A stretch of 64,000 bases of DNA, from positions 60,576,001 through 60,640,000 of the forward strand of contig NC_086108.1 of the NCBI RefSeq assembly GCF_963921235.1. Reading direction: 5' to 3'. The first letter of the stretch is position 1, and each line of letters begins with the position of its first letter. The DNA comes from Mobula hypostoma. Its lineage: Eukaryota. Under the pieces are notes generated by a model. That model saw only the letters and a list, made by a program, of their open reading frames with translations. It was not told the DNA's origin and searched no databases. The position numbers and the translations under genes were made by a program. Positions 26,118 through 38,963 of this stretch are shown piece after piece.

Positions 26118-27017
26118 TATTTTTTTCTTCTTTTTGTATTTGCACGTGTTGTCTTTTGCACAATGTTTGTTCATCTTTATTTGTAGTTTTTCATTGATTC
26201 TATTTTGTTTCTTTGTGAATGCCTGCAAGATATGAATCTCAGGGTTATATATGGTGACATATATGTACTTTGACAATAAATTTACATTACTTTGACTAAT
26301 ATTAGATGTGGGTGGGTTGAACATTTGCAGCAGAGCATTGTTATTTTCTATTTAATATTGGAACCTGGTAAAGCTGATACCTGGAAAATAATACGTCAGT
26401 AGACAAGATGGAGTGGATACCTACCTAATGGTAGTTTTTGTGTAATATGTCAGTCAGACTCTTCTTTATCCATCTTCACCCTACCCATCCTCCATCAAAT
26501 GAGGAAGATTTTTTTTATATAATATTCCTTCATGAGGTGTGGTTGCTGCTAGCAAAGGTAGAGTGTAATTGCCATCCCTGTATTTCCTGGGAAATAATGC
26601 TGAGCTGCCTTCTTGAACCACTGCAGTTTGAAGTAAAGGTACTCTCACAGTGATGTCAGGTGGAAAGTTCCTGAATTTTGATGCAGCAGTGATGTAAAGT
26701 TTGTGATATAGTTCCAAATCTGATTTCAATGTCATTTGAAGAAGAAATTTTCCAATATGCCTGTAGCCCTTGTGCATTTTTTAGGGCAGACACAGTGAAT
26801 CTGAGAAGATTTTTGAAAAATTCCTTGCAAGTTGCATTTATAAATTCAGATGCCAAAATGCATCAGTGGGACTGAATTTTTGGGTTGGTGAATATGGTGA
26901 CAATCACACGGGCTGCTAGGAGGTATTGAGCTTCCTGAGTGTAACGGAACTGCACTTGTCCAGGCAACTGAGAATACCCCGCCAAACTTCAGACTTGTGG
27001 CTTGTAGAATCTGGAAA

Positions 27018-27694
27018 GATTTAGATTATGAGGACACTCAGTCCTCGTTTGTTGTCATTTATAAATGCATGCATTAAAAAAATGATACAATGTTCCTCCA
27101 GTGATATCACAAAAAAAACAGGACAAACCAAAGACTAACACTGACAAAACCACATAATTATAACATATAGTTACAGCAGTGCAAAACAATACCATAATTT
27201 GATGAAGAACAGAACATGGGCACGGTAAAAAAAATTCTCAAGTCCCGATCGACTCCGATAGTCCCTGATAGCAGGCGGAAAAAAGGGAGAAAATCCCCTG
27301 CCATAAGACTCCAGGCACCGACAACTTCCCGTGCATTGGAAGCACCCGACAACAGCCGACACTGAGTCCGTCCGAAAACTTCGAGCTTCCGACCAGCCCT
27401 TTTGATACAGCCTCCCGAGCGCCATCCTCTGCCAAGCGCCTTCGACCTCGTCCCGGCCGCCGAAACAAGCAAAGTCGAGGATTTGGAGGCCTTCTCCTCC
27501 GGAGATTCCGGCCCACACAGTAGCAGTAGCAGCGGCAGCAAAGCGGGCATTTCAGAAGTTTCTCCAGATGTTCGTCTGTGCTTTCACGTCTGTCTCCATC
27601 AAATCAGAATTGTGCACGGTACCTACTTAACAAATACAGATATAATTTCTGGAGCGGCCGTGCGCGCTGCGTCGCGCTGCCATCTTCTCCTCTC
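27018..27694 (-). mobile_element. Non-coding retroposon family X, full-length-like copy
   Basis: Reverse-complement homologue of 24181-24808, same 5' start and tail. Confidence 0.82.
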
Positions 27695-28489
27695 TTAATT
27701 TAATGAATTGTTTTCTGCTGAGTACCCATCCATGTGGCAATATTATTGTGGCTAGCCTTGTTATGAACCTGATACACTTCAACAAAAGGGGATATAGGAA
27801 TAACACCTTAGTTCAAACTTGAGCTCAATGGATTTAAAAACAGTTTTTAGGCAGGTTAAGATATTATCAGATTCACATGAAACAGAGAGCAAGGATAATG
27901 CAAAGAACAAAATGTCAGGATCTGGCTAGTGGCATTCCACAGGAATCTTTCTGCAGCCTCAATGATTTGTAATATTGAACAGCAGCTAGGTTGAGCTACA
28001 GAATGCTCCATGTCAAATTTTGGGATGACCTGGGGATAGCTGGCACCATAGCAGGGGAGATAAAAGCACAAAATTACAAGTTAATAATTAAACAACAAGC
28101 AAATGGATTTCAACATGACAAAATACAAGATCACCCACATTTGATCTAAAGGGAATAGAACAGAGTACTTTCTAAATAATGACAAGCAAGAGTCTTCTCT
28201 GTGTTCCTTTTCTCAGTTCTAGGCAGTGCACCTTAGGAAAGTTAAATTGGCATTAGCAGGTACATGCTGTATGCTCATTGGAATGATACTAAATTTTGTA
28301 GAGAGAAATTCAATCACTCAAGGACGTAGCACCTAAAATCTGGAATGTTTGAAACAATAGTATTTTAAAGCCCCCAAGTTATTAATGGAACCTGAATGGG
28401 AAAATTTTTGTCCAGTATTTGAGGAGTCATTGTCCAGGGTTCATAATCTAACACTTGGAATCTGCAGTTCAGGAATGAAATAGGAAAGC

Positions 28490-29880
28490 TGTTACCTGAA
28501 AATTGTTGTAGGGAAAATACTAGAATTTATCATTAACAAATTGGTAACAACATACATAGAAAATAATAATGGTGTTGATGAAAAAGACATGTTTGACAAA
28601 TCTGTTTTTTTGATATTGTAACCAGTGAAAGCAATGGATGGGGTTTATTTGAACTTTCAGAAGATCTTCAATAAAATAGCACACAAGAGATTATGAAACA
28701 ATTAGATGTGTGAGATTAAGGATAATGTGCTGACATGGATTCAAAACTGAAAGCAGCGAGAAAGATCAAATGGATAATTTTTGGGCTGGATGGCTATGCC
28801 TGGTAAGATGCAACAGGGAACCAAGGCTGCAACTGTTCCTGGTCTATATTAGTAATCAAGATACATTTGCTGACGACGTGTGGTTGTGTGGGTTTTGAGA
28901 AGAATATAAGTTAAGTGAATGGACATAGATATGGCAGATGGAATTTAATATGGAAGAACTGGAGATAGGACACTTTGGTAGAAAACAGAAAATCAGAGTA
29001 TTTTATAAATGGAGAGAGATTAAAGAGTGTTCATTTTCACTGAGCCATGTGCATCTTTGTGTACAAATCACTGAAAGTTAATATGTAGGTACACCAAGCA
29101 ATTAAGGAATCAAGTGGTATATTGGTCTAACGTGCAAGAGGATCTGACTACAAGAGTTAAGAGGTTTTGGAAAATCAAAAATAAATGCAGATGCTGGAAA
29201 TTAGAAATTTGGAAAACAAAAACAGATGTTGATGAAAACACTCAGCTGATCATGAAGCAACTGTGGAAAGAAAAATAGAGTTTATACTTTAGGTCAAAAA
29301 GCCATTCAACACAATGTTAGACCCTTTATCAAAGGAAGTCTTACTGGAATTATACAGAGGCCTGGGACAAACAGAACATTGTAGGCAGACCCTCACGTGG
29401 TCTCCCTGCCTCAGGATGGATATATTTTTGATAGAGGGCGTGAAATAATGCTTCATCCAATTGATTTCTAGGATGGGATTTTTTTGGTTCATGAGATTAA
29501 GCACACTAGGCCTATGATGTCTTGCATTTTGAGGAACAGGAGATGAATTCATTGAAGCATACAAGTTTCTTAGAGGAGTTGACAAGGTAGATTCAGGGGT
29601 AACTTTTTCCCTCCTAGGTCTGTCTAAAACCAGAAATCTAAGTGGTTGGTCATGTAGAATTCAAGTGAGAAGAAATTTCTTCACCTAGAGGACAGTAAAT
29701 CTTTGGAATTCTCTACCCAAGAGACGAGTGGATGCTCAGTGGCCGAGTATATTTAAGAGACCAGTTGATAGATATTTGGATATTAAAGGAATTGAGACGA
29801 CAGAAAAGTGGAGCTAAGGAAATTATCCATAATCCATAATCTAATTAAATAGTGGAGCAAACATGAGGGACCAGTCAACC
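28490..29880 (+). mobile_element. Highly degraded CR1 with a Penelope fragment inside
   Basis: Remnants of FADD, WQMEFN and FFTxRxVNLWNSLP motifs; gcagatgctggaaa insert near 29185. Confidence 0.7.
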
Positions 29881-29985
29881 TTTTCCTGCTACTCTCTTGT
29901 GTTCTTACATGAGCCATAAGATGAACAAGTGGAGTGAGTAATTTATGGAGATATATGCTCAGGAGACTCTTGCTTTGTTTTTCAG

Positions 29986-30201
29986 CTTGATGTCTGGACT
30001 GGCTGCTTTAGATGCAAAAGCTTCAAGTCGATTGGGTCTCATCACAATTGCCTACTATCTTTGGACCACCTTTGTGGCTGTTGTTATTGGAATAATGATG
30101 GTGTCCATCATCCATCCTGGCGGTGCGGCCCAGAAGGAGAACACTGATGACAGTGGAAAGCCAATCATGAGCTCTGCTGATGCCTTGTTGGATCTGATAC
30201 G
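29986..30201 (+). CDS. SLC1A7: EAAT5-like coding exon 3
   Basis: Acceptor ttttcag|, (S)LMSGLAALDAKASSRLGLITIAYYLWTTFVAVVIG...SSADALLDLI(R), donor CG|GTACGT; 216 nt, phase fits exons 2 and 4. Confidence 0.96.
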
Positions 30202-31299
30202 GTACGTGGAGCATTGTCTCAGATTTCAGTGTTTTCTTAAAACATATGGCCCATTGCTCCAATGCTGGCTCTCAGAACAATTCCATCAATTACATTCCCT
30301 ACTTGTTTCCCTGTTCTCTCCTAAACGCCCCTCAACTTCACCCTGATTCTTTGTCACCCACCACTACCGCAGACAATTTACAGTGGCCAGTTAATCTACA
30401 AACCATGAATGTGGGAGAAGATTGGTGCATCTGTTCCTAGTGAAATATGAAACCACCATATAGACAATCTCTGAGACCAGGAAAAAAAACCATGGAGTTC
30501 TGAGACACCTGTATAACGCTTTAGTTCTTCTTTTCATTGAAGAAATTGTACATTTGCCAAGTTATTTACACGTGCATTTTACTCTATGTTGTGAAGGTTT
30601 TCAACACAATGCCACAAAGCTGACCTTTATCATAATAAATATATTAGTCTTTTATAGGTTTCTGTGTATCTACAATAGTTCAATGGTAATTTCTCCTGCA
30701 GATGCAGTGCCAGAATTAAATAATATGGTTCTTTTTAATTTAAATGATGTAATGTGCCATTCAAGATGGCGTTAGCGATATATGGTGACGTTTTTCAAGC
30801 AGCTCACAAAACTACTAGATATGTTTCTCCTGGACTATGATCACTGCAATCCACAGCCCTGTAGTTTCCCTTTAAGAAGTGTGCTTTTGAACTGTCTAAG
30901 TGAGCTAACAATTTTACAATCTCCTGGAAGGATTCAGTGAACTTGACTCTCAAGAATGCAGGTACGGTCATTAACAAAGCAGCCATCACCATGGTGACTG
31001 AGTGGGGCACATCAGACTTCAGGCCAGATGAAGGCATCAAGGCCTGAGAGCAGAAAATGAACAGATGTTTAGCTCCACTAGTCTGCGCCAATTAAAGAGC
31101 CGAGCTAGATTAAAGCATCAAGGTTTGAGAGCAGAAATGGCCCAAGAGCGGAAAACAAATCAATATCCAGCCTCCATTAAAGCATCAAGCCAGATTAAAG
31201 TGTCGGGGAACAAGAAAGGTAAAAAAAAAAGCAGTGTTCTTCACCATGCCAGCCAAGATCCCTCAACCTTAGCCCGTCCCATCTGCCTGCATTGACCTG

Positions 31300-31652
31300 A
31301 ATCCCTCTCTTCTTGCAGGAGGTACGGGAGCCTTGGGTCCCACGCTGCCAGGTTCATGAGCAGGTGTTGCCCTGCAGTCAACAGGCTCCTGGACAGGCTT
31401 CACTCGCCTCAGCGCTGAACTGACTCTGCCGCTATGCGCTCACTTTTGCGAATCTGCAGTTCATGTTCTATGTGTTATTTTGTTACATTTTTTATTGTTC
31501 TTTTTTTCACACAGATGTTTGTCGGTCTTTGCTGTGCGTAGTTATTCGCTGATTCTATTGTGTTTCTTTGTGAATGCCTGCAAGAAGATGAATCTGAAGG
31601 TTGTATATGATAGACGTACTTTGATAATCAATGTACATTTGTAACTTTGAAT
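31300..31652 (+). mobile_element. Rex-type LINE 3' tail
   Basis: Same tail family as 26120-26290 and 35150-35455 (gcctgcaagaa.atgaatct). Confidence 0.65.
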
Positions 31653-31735
31653 TTTTAATGAATTAATTTATCTTGTGCCTTCCCTGTCAAATCTAAATTT
31701 GTCCACTGAGTGGTGCAATTGCGCTCCCCTGGAGG

Positions 31736-32812
31736 AATTAGATTAGATTAGATTAGATTAGATTAGATTTAATTTTATTGTCATTATGCCATGTACAGAT
31801 ACAAAGCCAGTGAAATGCAATTAGCATCTAACCAGAAGGGCAAAAGAATAGTATTATTTACAAATTAACTGTGAATAAAAAGTAAGTGCTACAGCATACA
31901 AATATAAAAGTACTGAGATAGTACAATATGGGTGCAATACTGTTTAGCGCTGTGATGTGAGGTTCAGCAGGGTCACAGCGTCAGGGAAGAAACTCTTCCT
32001 GAGCCTGCTGGTGCAGGAGCAGAGGCTCCTGTAGCACCTACCGGATGGAGGAGAGTAAAAAGTCCATGGTTAGGGTGAGATGCATCCTTGATAATACTTT
32101 TCACCCTGCCCAGGCAGCGTTTATGGTGGATGTTCTCAATGGTGGGCAATTGGGTGCCGATAATCCTCTGGGCAGTTTTCACCAGCCGCTGGAGTGCTTT
32201 GCGGTCCGATACGGGACAACTGCCATACCACACTGAGATGCAGTTGGTGAGTATGCTCTCAATGGTACAGCGGTAAAAGTCCGTCAGTATCCTGGGACAG
32301 AGGTGAATTTTCTTGATGCCCTGCAGGAAATAAAGGCGCTGTTGTGCCTTTTTGATCAGGATGGAGGAGTTCAGGGACCAGGTGAGATCATCGGAAATGT
32401 GGAGACCAAGGAATTTGAAGCTTGATACATGCTCCGCTACAGCTCCGTTGATGTAGATGGGGACATGAGTGTGGCTGCTAGCATGCCTGAAGTCCACAAT
32501 GATCTCCCTAGTCTTCTGGGTGCTAAGGGCCAAGTTGTTGTCGGCACATCACGTGACCAGATGCTGGACCTCATCCCTGTAGGCCGTTTCGTCATCCCCT
32601 CTGATCAGGTCAACCACCGTGGTGTTGTCTGCGAACTTGATTATGGAGATAGAACCATGTACAGGAACACAGTCATAGGTGAAAAGGGAGTACAGAAGAG
32701 GGCTCAACACACAACCTTGAGGCACGCCGGTGTTCAGGGTGAGAGTGGAGGAGGAGAGGTTGTCTAACTTAACTGATTGGGGTCTGTTAGTCAGAAAGTC
32801 CAAGGTCCAATG
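31736..32812 (-). mobile_element. Rex1/Babar-type LINE, 5'-truncated, well preserved
   Basis: TGVPQGCVLSPLLYSLFTYDC, KFADNTT, KKAQQRLYFL...FYRCTIESILT; (attag)n tail at 31736-31768. Confidence 0.92.
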
Positions 32813-32884
32813 TGTTGGTGAAGATAAAATTATCAAGTCTACTGAGGGTAACTGCTCCATATGTGCTGGCATTGAGACATATAA

Positions 32885-33035
32885 AACAGCAAGATCTGAA
32901 TCACAAGAGATTCTATGGATGCTGGAAATCCAGAGCAACACACAAAAAATGTTAGAGGAACCCAGAAGGTCAGGCAGTAACTATGGAAATGAATGAACAG
33001 TCACGTTTCAGGCCAAGATCCTTCATCAGGACAAG
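32885..33035 (-). mobile_element. Penelope pseudo-LTR fragment with hammerhead motif
   Basis: - strand gtc-ctgatga-aggatcttggcct-gaaa-cgt near 33000-33032. Confidence 0.7.
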
Positions 33036-33499
33036 GAAGATCTTAATTCCTGGCCTAAATTATTCCAATTATTCTCACCTGGATTATCATATGATGCAAT
33101 ATAGTAGACTAAAGCAATGAATCTTTAATAAAGGATTAATATAAAGAATCTTTAATATAATTGTTGGACAGAAAATTGAAAATTCAGATACCTTACTATT
33201 CTCTCGACATGTGTTATTCTTTAAGATTTTGTGGGTAGTGTGAAAGTGTGGTGAATAATCATATCTTTCAAGTATTTCTCAACCTTATTGTAAGACAGTT
33301 AACGTAATTTTATTCAAACTTAGATATAAATTTAACTTAGTTAAATTAGCAAACCATCACTTGAAGCATTTTGTAAAAAACTGTATATAAGCTGAAAGCG
33401 CAAACACGAGGAAATCTGCAGATGCTGGAATTTCAAGCAACACACATAAAAGTTGCTGCTGAACGCAGCAGGCCAAGCAGCATCTCTAGGAAGAGGTAC

Positions 33500-33535
33500 A
33501 GACGACGTTTCGGGTCGAGACCCTTCGTCAGGACT
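33500..33535 (-). ncRNA. Minimal type I hammerhead ribozyme motif
   Basis: - strand agtc-CTGACGA-a-gggtc-tc-gaccc-GAAA-cGTC-gtct. Confidence 0.7.
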
Positions 33536-33692
33536 AACTGAAAGAAGAGCTAGTAAGAGATTTGAAAGTGGGAGGGGGAGTGAGAGATCCGAAATGATAG
33601 GAGAAGACAGGAGGGGGAGGGATGGAGCCAAGAGCTGGACAGTTGATTGGCAAAAGGGATATGAGAGGATCATGGGACAGAAGGCCTTCAAA

Positions 33693-33728
33693 AGTCCTGA
33701 CGAAGGGTCTCGGCCCGAAACATCGACT
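33693..33728 (+). ncRNA. Minimal type I hammerhead ribozyme motif
   Basis: agtc-CTGACGA-a-ggg-tctcgg-ccc-GAAA-cATC-gact; helix I agtc/gact. Confidence 0.7.
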
Positions 33729-33992
33729 GTACCTCTTCCTAGACATGCATTCTTTATCTCTCTCTCCTTTTTCTCCCTCTGTCCCCCTCACTATACCCCT
33801 TGCCCATCCTCTGGTTTTCCCCCCTCCCCCTTTCTTTCTCCCTAGGCCTCCTGTCCCATGATCCTCTCATATCCCTTTTGCCAATCAACTGTCCAGCTCT
33901 TGACTCCATCCCTCCCCCTCCTGTCTTCTATCATTTCGGATCTCTCCCTCCCCCTCCCACTTTCGAATCTCTTACTAGCTCTTCTTTCAGTT

Positions 33993-34028
33993 AGTCCTGA
34001 CGAGGGGTCTCGGCCTGAAACATCAACT
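33993..34028 (+). ncRNA. Hammerhead ribozyme motif, partly decayed
   Basis: agtc-CTGACGA-ggggtctcggcct-GAAA-cATC-aact. Confidence 0.6.
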
Positions 34029-34614
34029 GTACCTCTTCCTAGAGATGCTGCCTGGCCTGCTGCATTCACCAGCAACTTTTATGTGTGGTGCTATAAGCTG
34101 AAAGATTAGTTTCTAGTTCTCTCAGTTAGGCCTATCTATTTTAACCTTTGAAATGTTTTTTTTAAGTTTCCAGCTCGAACATTGTACTTCAAAAAGTTAG
34201 TTAAATTTGTTCAGGCAAATGGCAACAAACAGATAAAATTATACTCTAGCTATGCTTAAGCCAAAAGTAAATTTGAACCTAATCATGTTCTTCACTCTTA
34301 ATTTTTTAAAATGTCTTACTATGCATAAGTTATGAACTTTTAAAACATATTAATATAACTTACTACTGCTTTGAACTTGTTTTAAATTATATTTTTCTTA
34401 TTTAATTTTCGATGGGGAAAGCAACTTAAAATCATTGTCAACAATTGGTCTATAAACTACTTTTTGGAGATGATTGGCAGATTTAGGTCATTTTGGGTCA
34501 ATCTTGATATTTCTCCCAAATAGGTTACCAACTCACAATGTCAGCTATTTGAATGAAATAACAGCAATTCATTTACTAATGTGGTCAGACTTCAATGCTG
34601 GACTGAATGATGAA

Positions 34615-34755
34615 TGGAACACATACAAAATGCTGGAGGAACTCAACAGGCCAGGCAGCTTCTATGGAAAAAAAGTAAACAGTCGATATTTCAGGCTTTA
34701 TCAGGACTGATTTTGTTGCTTTGGATTCCAGAGTCTGCAGATTTTCTCATGTTTC
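34615..34755. mobile_element. Penelope-derived fragment
   Basis: aaaatgctggaggaactcaacaggccaggcagc plus collapsed hammerhead region. Confidence 0.65.
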
Positions 34756-35099
34756 TGAATGATGAATGTTTAATTTCTCAGCTGGCTATAAAGGCTTCAT
34801 GCAAGATGAGTTGTAGGAGTTTTAACTGAGTTCTTAATAATTTTGCATTAAACACTGCCCATCATGAAAAACAAAATTTCAAGACACCTTAAGAATGGTT
34901 TGATGCTAGAAGGAACTTTGCATGCTATATTTGCCCTTTTGGTTTACTATTTGTAATATTATGATTTTTTTGTGATTGTGGATTGTATCTTTTTAAAATG
35001 ATTTAGTAACTATTTACTTTAGTAATGATGTGTTTATCAGCCAAATACATTATCTCCATAGCCAGCCCATTGTAGTTTCCTGACATTCTTTTTTTCCGA

Positions 35100-36180
35100 T
35101 GTAGAGGAACAGAAGTATCACGTCTATAGATCCCTCAAAGTTAATTCAACTTCACTTGCCCCGTTTTTGAAATGTTCCCACAGTCAATAGATTCACTTTC
35201 AAGAACTCTTCATCTCGTGTTCTCAATATTTATTGCTTATTTATTTATTATTATTATTTCTTTCTTTTTGTATTTGCACAGTTTGTTGTCTTTCACATAC
35301 TGGTTGAATTTCCAAGCCGGTGCAGTCTGTCATTGATTCTGTTATGGTTATTATTATAAAGATTTATTAAGTATGCCTGCAAGAAAATGAATCTCAGGAT
35401 TGTATATGGTGACATATATGTACTTTGATAATAAGTTTTTTTTGAACTTTGAAAGTTCCTGCACAGAATTCTTGACCACATGGAGGAACAGAGGTATCTG
35501 GGAATCCACGTCTATAGATCCCTCAATGTTGCCACTCGTTGATAGGGTTGTTAAGAAGGGGTATCATTTGTTGGTCTTCATTAGTCTGGGGATTGTGTTC
35601 AAGAGCCACAAGGTGATATTGCAGTTTTACAAAACCCTGATTAGACCATGCTTAGAATATTGTGTTCAGTTCTGGTCACCTCTTTTTAGGAAGGATGTGG
35701 AAGTTTTAGGAGAAGTGCAAAGAAGATTTACTAGGGTGCTGCATAGAATAAAGAGTATGTTTATGAGGAAAAGTTGAGCAAGCTAGGGCTTTTCTCTTTG
35801 AAGCGAAGGAGGATGAGAGGTAACTTTATAGAGGTGTGCAGGATGATAAGAGGTATTGACAGTGTGTGCAGCCAGCATATTTTTCTCAAGGTGGCAATAG
35901 CTAATGTGAGAGGACATAATTTTAAGGTGATTGGAGGAAGGAATGGGGAAATATCAGAAGTAGGTTTTTTTTTTACACAGAGCGGGCTAGGTTCATGGAA
36001 TTCACTATTGGGGTGGTGGTAGAGGCAGGTACTGTAGTGACGTTTAAGAAAGGCACATGGATGAAAGAAAAATGGAGGGCTATGTGGGAGAAATGGACTA
36101 GATTGATTTTTGAGTAGATTAAAAGGATGGCACAGTATTATAGGCTGAAGCACTTATACTGTGATGCACTACTCTATGTC
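35100..36180 (+). mobile_element. CR1 3' portion preceded by a Rex-type tail
   Basis: LIRPCLEYCVQFWSP, LGLFSLKRRRMRG; duplicated gaggaacaga...acgtctatagatccctcaa near 35104 and 35484. Confidence 0.8.
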
Positions 36181-36782
36181 CCATGTTACTAAAGTTACCC
36201 AGTTATGCTAAATTGAAAATACACTCATTGCTGAAGCATGTTAAAAATATTTTTAAAACTTCAGTGACTGAATTCATTGGAACTTATCTACTATTTTGCT
36301 GCCCATATTTCAAGATCCACATTTATTTGACACTTGTACATCAAAACATATCACAACTAATATTTAGTTTTTATGGACTGCATTGCAATCGCATTGTTAT
36401 TTTTACAAGTTAACTAAAATCTGAATAATGTAGTCATGAGAGGTGACATCTCAACCTTCTAGTTCTTCTAAATTCTCACTTGCACACCTGAATGAAATTC
36501 AAAAAACCCATGGGCGTTTGATGGGTGTTATGCCTCTAAATTAAGATGCATATCTTGTCTATTTGAATATTTCTTGGCTAGAAATTTGCTTGCATCATGC
36601 AAGCTGGTGAGGCTGAGGAGGGAAAAATAGGATCAGCCATGATTGAATGACAGAGCAGACTTGATGGGACAAAAGGCCTAACTCTGCCTCTTCATAATTG
36701 CCTTCACTGCCAGTCTTGACCACACTTTTTCTGCATATCTCCTTTGAACTAAACCTCTCTCATTTAAATGCATGCCCTCCGG

Positions 36783-37470
36783 TAGAACATAGAAAAGTGT
36801 GACACAGGAACAGGCCATTTGCCAATAATGTTGTGCTGAACCAGCTAAAAAGCAAATCAAAAACACCCACACATCAATCTCCCTACTTACACCATGTCTG
36901 TATTCCTCCATCTTTCTTACATTCATGTGCTTATCCAAACATCTCTTAAAAGCCTCTAATATATTTACCTCTACTACCATACCAGGCAGTGCATTCCAAA
37001 CATCCATTATTCTCTGAGTAAAAAACCTAGCCTTCACACCCCCGTTGAAAACTACCCTCTCTAACCTTCAATGCATGCCTTGGAAAACAAAAAACTCTCT
37101 GTCCACTCTATCTATGTCTCCCATAACCTTGTAAACCTCTATCAGATCTCTCCTCAGCTTCTGGCGCTCTGGAGAAAACAACTCAAGTTTATCTAGCCTC
37201 TTGTGATAGCACATGTCCTCTAAACCAGGAAGCATCCTAGTAAAATTCTACTGCACCCTCTCATCCTTCAAAACCCTTTTTTATAGTTGGCTGATGAGAA
37301 CTGTACACAATACTCTAGATGCAGCCTAACCAGAGTTTTATAAAATTGACTTTTGAACTCAATGCCTTGATTAATGAAAGCAAGCATTCCATAAGCTTCT
37401 TAACCACTTTATCAACTTGTGTAGCCACTTTGAAGGAGATATGAACTTGGATCCCAAGATCTCTGTGCAA
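36783..37470 (-). mobile_element. CR1 3' portion
   Basis: FFTQRIMDVWNALP, DLGIQVH..KVATQVDKVVKK. Confidence 0.85.
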
Positions 37471-37589
37471 ATGTGATGTATATAAATGACCTGGATGAAA
37501 ATGTAGATCTTTGCAATCTCTTCCATTTCTGTTCCTTCGTGAATTCCCAATATTAATTGTTTCACCAACTGTAGTCAGGCTTTCAGCAG

Positions 37590-38092
37590 TTCCAAGCTCC
37601 ATAATTCATACTGGCTGCATTAGCATCTGGTATGGGGGTGGGAGATAGTGGGAGAGCAACTATACAGGATTGAAGTAAGCGGCCGAAAATTGTAAACTAA
37701 GTCATCTCCATCATGGGCACTAGCTTCCATAGACTCAAAAAGGCCGCGTCCACCGTTAAGAGCCCCCATCACCCAGGACATGCCTTCTTTTCATTGCTAC
37801 TATCAGGAAGAAGGTACAGAAACCTGAAGGCACACATTCAATGATTCAGGAACAGCTTCTTCCCCTCTGCCATTTGATTTCTGAATGGACAGTGAACCCA
37901 TGAACACTACCTTACTACTTGTTTATTTCTATTTTTTTGCACCACTAATTTGATTTAACTACACACACACACACGCACGCATATACTTAGGTAATTCACA
38001 TTTTTTCTCTATTATGTATTGTATTTTACTGCTGCCGCAAAGTTAACAAAATTCACGAAATATGCAGGTGATATTAAACCTGATTCTGATTC
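37590..38092 (+). mobile_element. Rex-type LINE 3' fragment
   Basis: HPGHAFFSLLLSGRRYR-type remnant and (tgattc)n tail. Confidence 0.75.
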
Positions 38093-38963
38093 TCATCCTG
38101 ATACCTCTCTCTTCTTCCATTATGATACTGTTAAAAAGTCTTCCTCTTTGAACAAGATTTCGTCAAATGAGCTACAATGTGACTGTGTCAAATTTTATTT
38201 GGTAGTCATGATTAGAGGTGGTATCCCTGGTCTGCTTTCGAAACCATTTTGAATCTTTGCTGTTCTGAATTATATGCCTTTATATTTCATGAAATTGGAG
38301 AATGATGAATTATGTGTTACAATGCATATTTATCAGAGATCAACCTCCACACTGGACCAGTTAATAAATTGTCCAGTATGGCATTGAGTCATGGGAGGAT
38401 TTGTGTTTATTTCATGGCCTGGGTTAGTTAGTGGCAACACCAAATTTCCTCAGCCCAGGAAAGGAAGAGGAAAATAGTCCAGGATCTATTTATTATTAGT
38501 ATTCAGCTGAGCTTAGAGACCTGTTAATTCACCATTTCATAAACAAACAGATCACTGGAATGAAGTTCTGGAGAAGGTTTAGAGTATCTAGAAGACAGCT
38601 GTGTAAATTATAACTTCTAGTATCTCAGAACTGCAGGAATTTTATTGCTGGACATATCAATAAATGGATAATGAATTAATGTTACTCGTTAGTGTAACAA
38701 CAGTCCTTTTAAAACAATTCTTATGTGTTAGTTAAAAGCAAAATCCAAGGTTAATAATCAGCACAGCCAGAACTGTAATCATTTCAATCTCTAACATATT
38801 AAGCTTTAGTATTAGATATAAATTTAAGGCTCAATGGTCAATTCCTAAATAATTAAATATTAGCAATTCTACTATTATTAAATATATCATTATGTTCATC
38901 AAGAGTGGACAAATGACGTACCCTGTCTTGTCTCAACAAATCAGAATGGTCCACTGTTTCATG

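Larger units (their letters stand above)
33399..34091. mobile_element. Young non-autonomous Penelope element: inverted plus tandem pseudo-LTRs
   Basis: Left arm (about 33430-33685) is the reverse complement of the right arm (about 33845-34088); 13-bp TSD tataagctgaaag at 33386-33398 and 34092-34104. Confidence 0.88.

Noticed and set aside
29945..30346. 133-aa ORF as a stand-alone gene
   Set aside because: It is exon 3 plus in-frame intronic flanks; splice sites delimit 29986-30201.
31736..31768. (attag)n array as a CRISPR or telomeric repeat
   Set aside because: Simple LINE 3' tail with no spacers; not TTAGGG.
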